From Rhodosorus marinus CCMP1338 (Eukaryota > Plantae > Rhodophyta), in the NCBI GenBank assembly GCA_029953675.1, contig JAMWBK010000004.1, positions 1,798,001 through 1,862,000 of the forward strand: a DNA stretch of 64,000 bases, in the 5' to 3' direction. How positions within the stretch are numbered: position 1 is the first letter of the stretch; every line of letters starts with the position of its first letter. Of this stretch, positions 34,449 through 46,728 are shown piece after piece. A program made the translations under genes and the position numbers. The notes below the pieces were generated by a model, which saw only the letters and a list, made by a program, of their open reading frames with translations, did not search any database and was not told the origin of the DNA.

Positions 34449-37400
34449 TCAGCCCGCCGCTGGTGGCGGATCCAAGTCAGAACTTGGCAAGCTTTCGGAA
34501 ACAGACCTAATCATATCCTCTCCGCATGCTAAGCAGCTGCCCTCAGTCACTCCCCTTCGGAACGAGTGCCCACATGAGAATACCTCAACATCTCCGCGAG
34601 TACCAGTCTTTCCCATCTTTCCGCCGCTCTTTGCGCTTTGCTGGTCGCGTATCCTCCGTCCAATTTTGTCCGATGCGAGTAAGAGGTCTTCCGTTGCCGC
34701 CTTGACCTTGGCTGCACTTGAAACATGAAAGCGGAGGGATTCCTTGAGAGCAAGTCTCACTTCGTCGCTCACTTGATCGCGATCAATCGCGTCCGTGCGC
34801 GAGAGGACGTCCTCGATTCTTACGCAGCCCTCACTCCGACCGACCACGCTGATCAGATCCGCTGCATCATAGGATGCTATTCTCTTCCAAAGCTCCTTCG
34901 ATATGGCCTCCCTACTCGCAATTCCAGTATTGCTTGACACCTTGCTTGCGTGCTCTTCTGCCAGGAGGATGTCTCCAGAGCGCAGGGCAATCTCTACGGC
35001 CTCAGAGTGGAGACCCAACAAGCCATAAATCTGTACACAAAGCTTTACAAACCCAGCCCGCCATACCTCGAGCAGAGCAATCCCAAGTGAGAGATTGGAC
35101 AACCACGACTTTTCTTCCGCAACCAGCTTGCATGCCGCTTCCTCGTCCCCAACTTCTACATACACGCGTATGAGAAGACGCCACCAAAAATCTTTGCCGT
35201 GTTCAATGGTTTCGCTCCTTCTTCGTTCCGCCAGCAACCCCTCGAGGAACCATCGAAGTGCCCGCAGCACCTGAAACAAAAAAAACACAGACACAAGGCA
35301 AATGACCCACGAGAACTTGTCACCAAAGAATTTCATGGCCACGCAAACCGAACTAAACCATACTGTGGGCCTTTGAGAGGCTACAAAACGAACCTCCTTG
35401 CGAGCTTCGGGTGCAGCATTTCGTAACGACTGAAGTAGGCTGCCGGTGAGCACAGATGGGTCAATGTGCTCGTTCAGATTTTCAGCCTTCCAAAGTCTTG
35501 CCAATCGCATTGGCTGACCGTTTGCCAGGTACGTAGATGCGTACTCCAACACTTGCGCTCTTTGCTCAGATGTCAGATATCCAGATGTACAAAATCCTTC
35601 AACAACCTGAAAGGCTTGCTGGTAGTTTGCAACCTTCACATGCACCTCGACTGCAGCCTTGTAGTTGCGATGGCAGGTAGCGAGAAAGCTGGCTTCCTCA
35701 TACCTGATGACAATGTGTTAGGCGGGGTTTGTTTTCCTCAAAAACTACTCTTCGGGATTGAACAGACGGAAATCTGGCGTGTTTAGATCTCAACCCACCT
35801 GCCGTGGGAAGCCATGACTTTCATCCCACTGATTGCTGGGATGTCGGAGAAGTTTGTCTCGATGAAGTGGTGGAATTCTCGTTGCAGAAGCAGGAATTCC
35901 TTCGATTCAGCGCTCAGCAACGATATACGCGCGGAATATATTTCAACCTGGAGAAGGCAGATGATTGATCGCTGGCTCGCCTCTGAGCGCGGGACTGTAC
36001 TCAGTCGGGGCACTAAAAAGTCTGTCTGGAGCGAACGGAGCAGCTCCGTATCGTCCCCGCACTTCCTCGCAAGCTTGAGCAGAACGCTTCGAATGGATTT
36101 TTTGGTTTTCGCGTAGAGCTTTGCCTGAACGATCGCGTGCGAGATAAAGCGTGAGCTATGCATGTAGGACGATTGTGTCTATCCCGATGGAATCTCGAGG
36201 CAAAGATACCAGGGATTGAAATCGTCTAGTGTGAAAGAAATTCCCTGGAAAAAGCTTGGCTTACCCCGCGTGAATAATCCCCGGTTTCGAAGAAATGGTC
36301 GCCTTCCTGCTCCAGGATCAAGTCCTTGTTCTCAGAGAGAGCTAGAGCAACATCAAATCTTTTCGCCTCCAGAGCATCTTGAACTACGTTTGCGTTGTCA
36401 TTCGATACTTCGACCATAAGCAACTGGAAACAGAGGAGAACGGTTAGTAGAGGAGCTGGAGTTGGTTGGTGACATGTGCAAGAGGGGCACTTTTTTGTGA
36501 GTAAGTGCTTAAGAGGAACCCGCTGCTGCTATAGAAGATAAAGGATTATGCTCTACAGCACTTACTCCTCCGTGCTTGGTTACCACCCATAGGGATCCGC
36601 TGACTGCATCGCGAGTGAAGGCGACCATTTCGTCAATCCGATGTTCAGCCCGAGACAGGAAGGGTGAAAAGTCCTTCTCAAACTCGACGGCCAGAGTCAG
36701 ACGCTTGACCGCGATGATTTCCACCCTCGTGAGGAGCAGCAAATGATAAGGAGTCAGGATACAGTCCAGAATCGACCGTTTGGTCACCGTGGCCGCGGCT
36801 CCAGAACGTCTGATAACCGATGTGGCCCCGCTTTCAGCGTCCGGTGACGTCAATACGTCAATATCGCCAACAAGAATTTGGTTCTCACAAGAGGTCCACA
36901 TAAAGTACCATGGAACCGAGCCCCTAAGCAGGCAAAACAGTTGCTGACTTGAGCTCGATGCCGTTTCAGACACAGGAATACATCGCACGTAATGTGAGCA
37001 GAGGCACCAACTTTGACGTTGGCCAGTGCAGATGAAGCTGGGGCTCAATTGCTAAACCGTCAGCAGCAGTGGCATCCGCCGTCGTGAACTCGTTCCAGTT
37101 CTCAACGCCCTCTGCTAACGATGACTGGCTACAAACTTGATGATACATGGTGTTCTCAGTGGTAAAGGCAACGAGGACGCCATCTACTACCTGAGCGAGG
37201 AGGTTCCGTGAAAGGAAGAGCGAGGGTTTTTTTCTCAGTTCTATACTCTTTCGCGCGCGGCTTTCTCCGCACGAACAGTTCTCGTTGTAGTCGGGTAATC
37301 CTCGAACGCCGCGTGCAGATGATGTTGTTTCTGTGTACTGATTTCCGGACCTTGCCCGCGACTATGCCGTAGATTGGCTCCTTAGAGGCTGTGGTGGAGA

Positions 37401-38192
37401 TAGGCTGAAGGCGCTCGGCTCCTCCACGAGAGAAATCGATCGAATATGCGAACAGGCTTCCCATGTTGGTTCCGATCAGCAGAGTTCGAAGTGGCTCTTC
37501 CTTGCTTCCAATATCTGGTCTCCAGCACTGCGCCCTTGCGCGGACTCCTCGTGGTAATCTTACGAATTTGACCTTTTAACATAACAACACCGCCACAAAC
37601 CACGTCGAGAGGGTGAGCTTGACGTTGCGAGAAGATCGATTGCAGAGCTTGTTGAAGTAGAGCGGCGGCTTACGGAGAATCGTTTCTTCTTAAAGTTGAA
37701 AACGTAGAGGTAGTTATTTTCATGATCAGAAAGCACGGAGGCAAATCCGGATTCAGGCGTATCGATTGAAATGTCGAGGATTCGACCACGTCCGGGACGC
37801 TCTATTATGGGATCTGTCGAGCGATGGTGTATAACCAGATGGCCTAAAACGCAGGATTACCAGTTTTCTCTGTCAGAGACTCCGTGATTTCTGATCCATT
37901 AACCTTGCGCTTGCTCGTCGCTTACCATCGGCAGTTCCTAGCAACTGTACTTCTCCTGCGCATGATCCAGCCTTTCGTCATCGAAACCAGAGGCACACGT
38001 TAAATCCATACAAGCAAACATTTAGAGCTCGAAAAAGCAGACAGCGTTTTCAGCCATGTTGGTTACCGTTATCGAAGCTTGCAGCTTCTTCTGAACATTG
38101 AATAGATCTCCAGTGAACAGATCTTCAATCGCAGTGCCACCGTCATCAACAACCTGTAAATGCGTCGTCGTCATTTCTGATGACTTCCACAT
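34449..38192 (-). CDS. VPS18: VPS18/PEP3 (HOPS/CORVET core subunit), multi-exon; start approximate
   Basis: Pep3-like segment ILDCILTPYHLLLLTRVEIIAVKRLT...FTRDAVSGSLWVVTK; VVQDALEAKRFDVALAL...EGDHFFETGDYSR; clathrin-repeat-like LCVQIYGLLGLHSEAVEIAL...KELWKRIA...CVRIEDVL; terminal VFSCGHSF...CLACGEDMIRSV. Confidence 0.78.
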
Positions 38193-39193
38193 AACGTAGC
38201 TAATGAATTCCACATCATGTCAGAAAAACAGAAGAGAAACCTTGGACCACAAGAACAAACTAGTTGCTCTCTCACCCCCCACTCCCCCAGTCCTACCTAA
38301 TCTCTGAGATTCCATACATGAAAACCGACTAAAATGGACTAGTTTTACGTTGTTATAGGAAATTCGGGCACCCGCCAAATTCCTATAAAAACTAGAAAAC
38401 GATCCGATTCTACTATTCGCGTTTCGGTAGGAGGTAAGACTAGGCTATGGCCTCGTGGGCATAGAATCAGAAGATCAAGAAGGGTGGCACACCCATCTCT
38501 ACCGATGCTTCGATTTCTATCGACCATACCGCATGAGCGTTGAGCCCTTGACTTGGATGCTTGCAGTTGTTGGAGACTGCTTCGACCAGTCGGGGCGAAG
38601 ATGGAAGCTAAGGCTTGTTTTGCTCTTTTTTCTTATCGTTTCTGTTTCAGAAACGGCTTTGGAACATTGTCCACCGTCACGAAGTATCTTCCCTGAAAGA
38701 AATTCTATTCTTTTGTCTGCAAGTCTTTCCCGTTGAGAATACGATCGGAACCTGGTCTGCACTGCACGCAAGCAAGGAGCGGCATGGATTTCTTGAGCTG
38801 TGGAACAATTTCTCGACAATTTCCTGACTGTCGCTGTACGTAGCGCAGGTGCTTCACCATCCCCAGCTCATTGTGCGCCTGGATTGCGGCCCAACGACGC
38901 TGTGGTTGAAGAACAACTTCGGAAAGCAATCAACCTTCTAAGAGATCACAATATCCGTCCTTGGACAAAACGTCTTGCTTGTTCGGGAATTGCTTTTTGC
39001 CTTCTCGTCGTCGCTACATGATCAAGCATATTCTGCCCTTCTCTTTCCGCTCTTCCTTCCTGGCTTTGCTGGGCAAACCCCTGTACAACTTTCCATCCCT
39101 GTATACATCTAGCAAAACGGGACTCGTCTTCAGATCTTTGTGCGTGCATGGCTTTCTCTCTCAGATCATCATTAAAACTCCTTTAATGAGTGA

Positions 39194-39826
39194 TCACCTA
39201 CCTCCATACACTGCCAGTTCAATGGCATCAAGGTCTTCATTGGACAAATCTCTCCAGGTACGGTCGCTGATTCTCCTCAGTTCCTGACCACGCGGCGGTG
39301 GCAGTTTGTTTCCCTTGCTCTTATTGGCTCTAGACTGAAGGATCTTTTAGAAACGTATTCAGTGCAGAGAAGAAGACCTTCTTAGCTATGACACAACCAC
39401 AGATCTTCAATCGTATTCTTGCCAGAGAAACAGAGTGCCAACCGTACCTGGCAATTGGATAGATCTCCAGTTCCACCTTTGCTAATCGGATGGATGTGGT
39501 CAAACTCAACGCAGAGAGGGCCCTGACAATTCCTTAGACCTCGGCAGAGAAGATTTCCAGCGGCATCGAATCTCCACCTTTTAGGATCTCTCCCTTTCCT
39601 TTAGTCGTTTTAATCCAAAGTTGTTTTCGCGAAAGGTTGTTACGATTAGCTATTATCCTTTCCATCTCCGTGAAAGACGTTCGCTCGGTTTTTGAGTGTT
39701 CTCATCTTACACCTGCTTCCCGACGCTCCAACATAGATCCTTCGTCTGTCTCGAGAATCCGTGAATTTCCCTCCTAGTTGGTGATGGAGACCTGGTCCTC
39801 GGTTGCGAAGTTGTGATTCCTCTCAT
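39194..39826 (-). CDS. Small plant-type HNH endonuclease-domain protein (3 exons, absent from the ORF track)
   Basis: Manual splice (introns ~39599-39709 and 39344-39447) gives MRGITTSQPRTRSPSPTRREIHGFSRQTKDLCWSVGKQVKGRDPKRWRFDAAGNLLCRGLRNCQGPLCVEFDHIHPISKGGTGDLSNCQILQSRANKSKGNKLPPPRGQELRRISDRTWRDLSNEDLDAIELAVYGGR*. The splice phases join in frame. An additional upstream exon is possible. Confidence 0.85.
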
Positions 39827-40770
39827 TTCCACCTAGAACAGATCTCGCCTTCTTTCTCGACTTTGCTATTGGTATAACTCGCACCTCAAATTTCAAGATG
39901 TCACGCTGGTCTTCATCTTTGCACCCACGTTATACCCTGTCGAAATAAACCCTATATCCATCCTTTGAGAGCTTTCATGAAGACGCATGAAATTCAGGAG
40001 GGGTAACAGGAGAGCTCCTGATCGCCAGGGCGTCGCCCTCCTGTCTTCGCTGCTGAAACCCAGCTCATTCTTCTAGCCGTGCGGGTTTCAGGGTATTTAT
40101 CCTCCGATAAATGCACCTTTCTTGAGGTGAAAGCAGGAAAATAACGCAAAGCTCCTACAGCCTTCGTCAACAGCACCGTCTATTCCGCTACACAAGCCGT
40201 ACGCAATTTTTTCTGCCTCATATCCAAGACAGAGGCTAGCTACCCAGAGAACACTACACTACCAAAGACGCCTGTCGCACGCCTCGAAAGAGAACAAATC
40301 GCCACCCCCAAAACAAATTAACGAACGGATGCCACAAAAACCTGGACGGATCCACTCAGCCCCACCCCCGCGACGGGCTCTGTTTGTCATCGACACGGAT
40401 CTTCTAAATCGCATTAGATCTCCCTTATAGACTTCACTACAGTTTCAGACAAAGAGTCAACCTCTAGGAGAACGAATACGAAAAACAAAATCTGGACGGA
40501 TCGAAAAATTCGCTTCATCCCCCCCACCAACCTCGAGGTGATGCGCTTTCTTCGTCGGGAGCTTTGTAGGTGACGACCGGGCAATGTGTCAATTTTTGGA
40601 GGAGGGAGCGGATTTTGGTCTAGTGATTAGGGCTTTCTTTTTTTTTGTCTGTAGCTGTTTTACTGATCTGATTCTCATTTGTAGTCTATGAGAAGCAGCC
40701 AAGAAAGATAACTTTTCTACTAGCAGAGGAGAGTATTCTGATAGCTGGGAAAAAAAAAGGGAGAAGGTGA

Positions 40771-41763
40771 ATGAAGTCCTGTGAAGTCTCGTTCATTCCT
40801 TGTGGGTTGAGATTGAACGAGGTCGGCGACCGTCGGAGACGGAGTATCTGTTACGGCGCCAAGGTCCCTGAATCTGTGAAGCGATACCTGCAGAGTGTTG
40901 GAGGTGAAGCTAGAGGTTTGGTAGCGCTGAATCGAGTTCTGGTTTCAGGGGATGAGGTCGCTGATGGTGGGCTGGTGACGTTGGGCAGCGAGGATTTGCG
41001 GACCTGGCATGTGAGGAACATTCTCAAGGTTGAGGACGGCGACCGGATTCGCGCTGGCGTGGTGGACGGCGAGCTGTTCGATGAGGCCGAGGTGACGCTT
41101 GGAGAGGATGGAGGAATTAGTTTGGAGCTAGGATCCGGCGTGCTCGTCAATGATGTGCCCAGTGTTGACGTCCTCTTGGCGTTGCCGAGGCCGGGAGTCA
41201 TGAGCCGGATGTGGTCCGCTCTCGCAAGCCTCGGCGTCGGAAACATATTTGTGGTCAACGCCTACCGCGTCGAGAAAACCTACTTCAGCTCGAAGGTCAT
41301 GAGAGAGGCTGAAATTCGCGAAGCCCTAGTTTCTGGCCTCATGCAGTCCGGCTGTGATTCCAGAGTACCCAAAGTCGTCGTCAGCAAGCGGCTGAAGAAC
41401 TTTCTCACGGATGAACTGGACAAGCACACACCCCGTGAAGCTCTCCGGGTCGTCGGACACCCGGGTTCTGACCTAAGGAGGCTTTCGCAGATGGACTTGG
41501 GAGAGGTTAAAAGGATTCTTGTCGCGATCGGCCCGGTAGGCTGATTTCCCCTCGCAACCGAAAAGCGTATTTGTATTGACGAGGTGGTCTCTTGCTCGCG
41601 CGTGTGTGATTAGGAAGGAGGATGGATGGACCGGGAGATGAGCATGCTTGAGAGCTTTGGATTCCAACCCATCTCTTTGGGACAACGCGCACTGCGTACT
41701 GAAGTCGCCTGTGCTGCGCTTGTAACTTTAGCTCACGATCGATTGGCCTCGGAGTGTGCATGA
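40771..41763 (+). CDS. rsmE: 16S rRNA m3U1498 methyltransferase RsmE (SPOUT family), probably organelle-targeted, 1 intron
   Basis: WHVRNILKVEDGDRIRAG, VLLALPRPGVMSRM, LGVGNIFVVNAYRVEK, ILVAIGP/EGGWMDRE...ISLGQRALRTEVAC; stop TGA at 41761-41763. Confidence 0.88.
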
Positions 41764-42012
41764 GTCTTGCCATGAAGAGTGCCTTTCTCAGCTGGGGGCA
41801 TTCTGGTAGACAAAGAGAGGGTAAATACTCCATTGACGTTCGTGCTTTTGTTGCTTACTTTGGTGATAATTTTATTTAAGATTCGCTCACGGTAAAAGTC
41901 AGAGGGAGAAGCTGCGCTTCGGTGCCACTCCTCAGAGGGGCTGTACAGATGCCTTCAGCAGGACAAAATCCTGAAATAAAGCTTTTTCCTTGAGGGACAG
42001 GAGGGAGTTTCC

Positions 42013-42555
42013 CTATAAACGCAGCTGCGCCGCACGCTCTTTTTGGAGATCTTCCGCTCGCTCCTGTTCGTATCTTTTCCGGAAGAGTTCAACCTCCCGC
42101 GCATTAGGATAGTATCCTTGAAGCCGCTGAGCTACCCTCTGCGCGGAGAGACTGGTCGTCGAAATCGTCCCCAGAAAAAATCCCAATTTAACCCCCTCCA
42201 TTCTGACACCACGAGGACCTTGCATATACCAGAAAACACTACCATCAGTAAAAAACACTAGCAAGAAAAAGCAAGACAGGATGCTGCCCCAAAAGAGGGA
42301 GCACAACAACAACGCATGCAGGTCTGACGTACCAGCCATATACCCCGCTAATCCAGCACCGCACGCCCCCAAAAATATTAAGCCATAGTCAGATGGCCGA
42401 AGGTACCTGATCCAATCCCTCATAAACGGTGCCCTCACGAGAACCGGATAGTCAGTCTTCATCGCATAAGTGTCCCAATGTTTATCTAGTATCTCATTAT
42501 CAAAATACGAGAAATTCTTGATCCTCTGCTCCTTTGTCTCGTCTTGCTCCGCCAT
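42013..42555 (-). CDS. Mitochondrial complex I accessory subunit of the NUXM/20.9-kDa (NDUX1) family; contains one in-frame intron (~42219-42332)
   Basis: DYPVLVRAPFMRDWIRYLRPSDYG...AGYMAG/PRGVRMEGVKLGFFLG...AQRVAQRLQGYYPNAREV matches the remembered plant/fungal pattern YP.i...P.f..v...f...DY ... RL.G..PN..EV. Confidence 0.75.
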   Translation of the reverse strand: MAEQDETKEQRIKNFSYFDNEILDKHWDTYAMKTDYPVLVRAPFMRDWIRYLRPSDYGLIFLGACGAGLAGYMAGTSDLHALLLCSLFWGSILSCFFLLVFFTDGSVFWYMQGPRGVRMEGVKLGFFLGTISTTSLSAQRVAQRLQGYYPNAREVELFRKRYEQERAEDLQKERAAQLRL

Positions 42556-44085
42556 GTTTCAAAAACCTTCTCCCCGAAAGGCCAAAAGAAGACACAACTT
42601 CCAATCCAACCGCCCCCACCTCCTTACCTACCGCCTCAAAAAAAAACGACTAAAAAAGCTAGACAATCACATACCCCTCAACCAAAACATCAAATCGAAG
42701 ATATCAAGTATGTCACTAAACCATTCCCTTCTCACCAACACATACACACACACACACCCCAGACCATCCCCCACCCTCCTCCCCGCTGCCGAAGGCAGCC
42801 CTCACATCCCCATCAAAACCCCAAATAGACAAAAACGACCAAAAGCCACACATGATCTCCGAAACCATTACTAAGGGTGGGTAAAAATTACACCCTCAAA
42901 ACTCAAATTAGTTTAATTATGAATATTTTGAGATGTATTTTGGACCCAAGTACGTGATAATCGTACCCCCTTTTTTTGGATGTCCAGGCCGCGATGAAAT
43001 AGATTGAATCTAGTCAATTATGTGTGTTTAGTGATTGAAGGTTTTGAGTTGGGGAAGAGGAGCTGATTTGATGATGGATGGAAGTGGGTGAGGGTTTTGA
43101 GTATAGATGTTTTTTTTGGGGGGGGAGGGGAGGGCGGAAGGTGGCAGGTTTGTCCTTTTTGGTCCTGTAGTTAATATTGCCCATGTTCGCTCCTCCTTTT
43201 TTGAATTTTTTTTGGCTTCTGTCACCGCTGACTGGTCTTTGATCGGAGAAGTGAGGAACATCCTTCCTCTCTTTTGGTTTTTTTGTTTGGGTTTTTGTTT
43301 TTGTTGGGCTGGATCATGAACGACTGATCTAGGGCATCCTCCGCCTTCCTGCAGGATGGAGGTACGTGAACTGCCTTATTCCGGTACTAGTGCTCTCACC
43401 AGCCATTTAGTTTCGTGCGCATCGTGGGTAGAAGTAGGTCGCCAGTTGGGGTGCCGTTTTCGGGCCGCGACACTCATGCTGAGGAAAGGGGAGGATACGA
43501 AGAAGAGTATGTCTCACTTGTCGAACTAGGAAGTCTACGTTCACTACATTCTCTAGAGCGCCCACCCAGGGCTGCTAGCTATCCACCCGGAGCATCTCCT
43601 TGTGTGGCTCATGCTTGAGAAGTTCGGATGGAGTCCGTCCAGTTTTCAAGTTCGGTGTTCTCCGTCGCTTCGGCAGCCGCATAGAAAGGAACAATGAGCA
43701 TGGCAGGTAATGGCTTTTCTTTTGATGCAATTGTCATGATCTTCCTGATTCGTTCGAAATTTTGTTCAATGTAATGCGAGTAGACGGTGGATGTCATAGT
43801 TGTGCACAGCAACTCAGCTTGCCCTCTCTTCTTATCATTCTCAGCTCTAATCCGCCCATAGAAAAAATACTTCGGGCGTATGCTTCGGAGGCTTTGTTCC
43901 CCTGGATCATTAAAGATTCGTCGTCAGGGTCGATGCTGTATAGACAAAGCTCTTGCAGCGCTGAGCGACTTCTCACACCCAGCAGATCCATTTTCCAGGT
44001 TTCCTGCCAAAGGGTCCTCTAGACGAAGCGGGATAACCCGCTATTCTTCAGTTGTAAAACAAAAACGGCTCCACGAAGCCCTGAG

Positions 44086-46728
44086 TTAATCCTTGTCCCT
44101 CGCGGTATCAACGAAAAAGAACTGTCCGCTCGTTTTCTGCTCAACGTCCTTGACAGAGTTATTCTTGTTAATTCTCGGTCGGAAGTTGGTTGGATCTCTC
44201 CTGAATGTGATTTCAAGGTTCTTCAGGAATATGTTCATTCCCGTAAGCAGTGGCTGAGGTGTGTGTGCAGTGCAGTCCATCGCCGGCGTACCATCATACA
44301 CCACGACCTGGTCATAAGAAATAGTTCAATCGGTAGTTAGGAGATGAATACTGACCCAAAAGCAATGTTCAGCGTCTGTTCAGTGTCTGTTCAGCGGCCT
44401 CACCCTGTCCGCTAGGTATGTGGCCATGATGAAATCGTGTTCCACGATGAATGCCGTCTTCTTTGCATGCAGAATATAGCGCTTGATTACTTTAGCGGCG
44501 ACAATACGCTGGTCAGAGTCGAGGTAGGCGCTCGGTTCGTCAATGAGATAAATATCCGCCGGTTTGCCTGTGCGTCGATGAAGAACAAAACTGGTCTGAA
44601 AAACGTCCAGAAGTGTCCCTCCAAGCGTTTTAGGCGATACGCACCTAATGCCATCACCAAGGCTACTCTCTGGAGTTCTCCTCCAGAGAGATGTTTGACC
44701 TCCTCGTCCAAAAGTTGCTCAATCATCATAGGCTTTGTAACGTCGCTCATAAATTGGGGGTGGAGATAAGTATCTCGAATCCTCTTATGCAAGAGCTGTC
44801 TGACTGTTCCATCGAACGTCGGAGATATTTTCTGAGGCTTGTACGAAACGTTCAGGGTCGGTACCTGAGTATCAAGAAGAAAGAAACGGCCGTGTAAGAG
44901 CTCATGCATGCCCATCCGATAGTTGGAGGTTCCAACCGTCGGAGAGGGTGAACCATGAGGCAGTGCAGATGGCTCTCACCTGCGCGTCTGAATCAGCTTT
45001 TGTTAGTCCGGCTAGCATTCGAATGAAGGTAGTTTTTCCCGTTCCATTCTCCCCCAGCATTACGACAATCTCGGAATCCGTAAAATTGCCCGCTTCGACT
45101 CTGAGCTTAAAGCTGTGATATCAAAGCAGTGCGAAAAACGCATGGTCTTAGAGTTCGCAACCCAAATATTGCAGTCGGTTCCCAAAATATTCCGAAAGGA
45201 TCCACCACTTACCTCCCAAGCGACTTCGTCATATCGGGGTATTGGTACATTTTGTGGTCTTCGCCTCTATCGTCGCCATCCGCAGTTTCCGCAATTTTGA
45301 AAGTGAGAGAAGTTTCACGGAATCGAAGATTCTCCGTCGGTACAAAGCCAGCTAGGAAGACGTTGATTCCTTCCCTCACGGAAAAAGGAACCGTGACCAC
45401 TCCATACGCGCCGGGCTTGCCATATAAACAGCAGACGTAATCCGAAAGGTAGTCCAGCACGGCCAGATCGTGCTCGACCACGATGACGTACTTGTTGTCC
45501 CTTTCGCTAACGATTTCCCGAATGATCTACGTCAACAAAGACCAGTAGATTCGAGAGCTGAGTACTTTGATAGCCGGTTCGAGTGTCACACTTTAACAGG
45601 CTCGGTAAAAACTTACAGATGCCGCTTTTAGTCGTTGTCTCACGTCCAGGTACGAGCTCGGCTCATCAATCATGTAAACGTCTGCCTCTTGGACATATAC
45701 AACGGCCAAGGCAAACCTCTGCAGCTCCCCACCCGAGAGGATTTGAACGTCGCGGTCCATAACTTTCTCCAAGTCGAGTTCCACCAACGCGTGCTTAATC
45801 TGTAATGACACCGGATAAAGAAGATTAGCAGGCAGTTCTTCATCTCCAACGCCGATACAGCACAGCACAGAAACAAAATGCTGCGTTTTGCTGCTTACCA
45901 GCTTTCGTTCGTCTCTTTTGGATACAATTGATTCCACTGTGCCCTTTGCGGCCTTGGGAATCGCATCAACATACTGCGGCTTGATAATCGCCTTCAAATT
46001 ATCTTCCAACACTCGTGTAAAGTAATTCTGGAGCTCGCTGCCCCGAAAATAGGTCAGGATCTCCTGCCAGTCCGGCGGGTTATCCCATCTGCCTAGGTTG
46101 GGCTTCAACTTTGCCGCGAGAACCTGAACTCACAGAAGGGTTCCAGGAAGATTCCTTCAGATACGATTCACGCTGACAGAGGAACTTCATTGCGAAAATT
46201 CTGCGTACCTTAAGCGCCGTGCTTTTTCCAATTCCATTGGTACCCACCAATCCAAGCACCTGCCCAGGCCTTGGCGTGGGTAGCCTGTGAAGTTTGAAAG
46301 CGTTTGCTCCAAACCTGTGTACTGTCTCCTTGTCAAGATTCTTAGGCAAGTTGATAATCTGAATTGCGTCAAACGGGCACTTCTTCACGCAAATACCACA
46401 TCCAACGCACAGTTCCTCGGAAATGTACGCGATTCGGTCTTTTGAGGTTACTTCAATGCAAAGCTTGCCTATTTCGTGAAGGTAACATCTTGATCAGCAC
46501 AAGAAGTCGTTTTGAGGTTCTACACATGCCTGCAATGTCCAGGCATCAGGCGGGCAAGGCAAACAATGACCATTCAACAGCAATCGGATCAAAGCATCAT
46601 TCTGCACACGCGAAAAAGCACTTACCCATTCGCACCACGGGACAGGATTTCTTGCACTCCTGCCTGCATTTCTTCGGCTTACATCTATCACTGCTAACGA
46701 TAGCAATTCGCTCGAGCTTGTCCGACAT
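44086..46728 (-). CDS. ABCE1: ABCE1/RLI1 ribosome-recycling Fe-S ABC ATPase, multi-exon
   Basis: [107 protein letters not shown]. Confidence 0.97.

Noticed and set aside
34047-34532. 161-aa plus-strand ORF between the RRM gene and VPS18
   Set aside because: Non-ATG start, overlaps convergent 3' regions, and has no recognisable domain.
45570-45595. GGTTCGA T-loop-like motif
   Set aside because: It lies in an ABCE1 intron, and no cloverleaf or A-box can be built around it.
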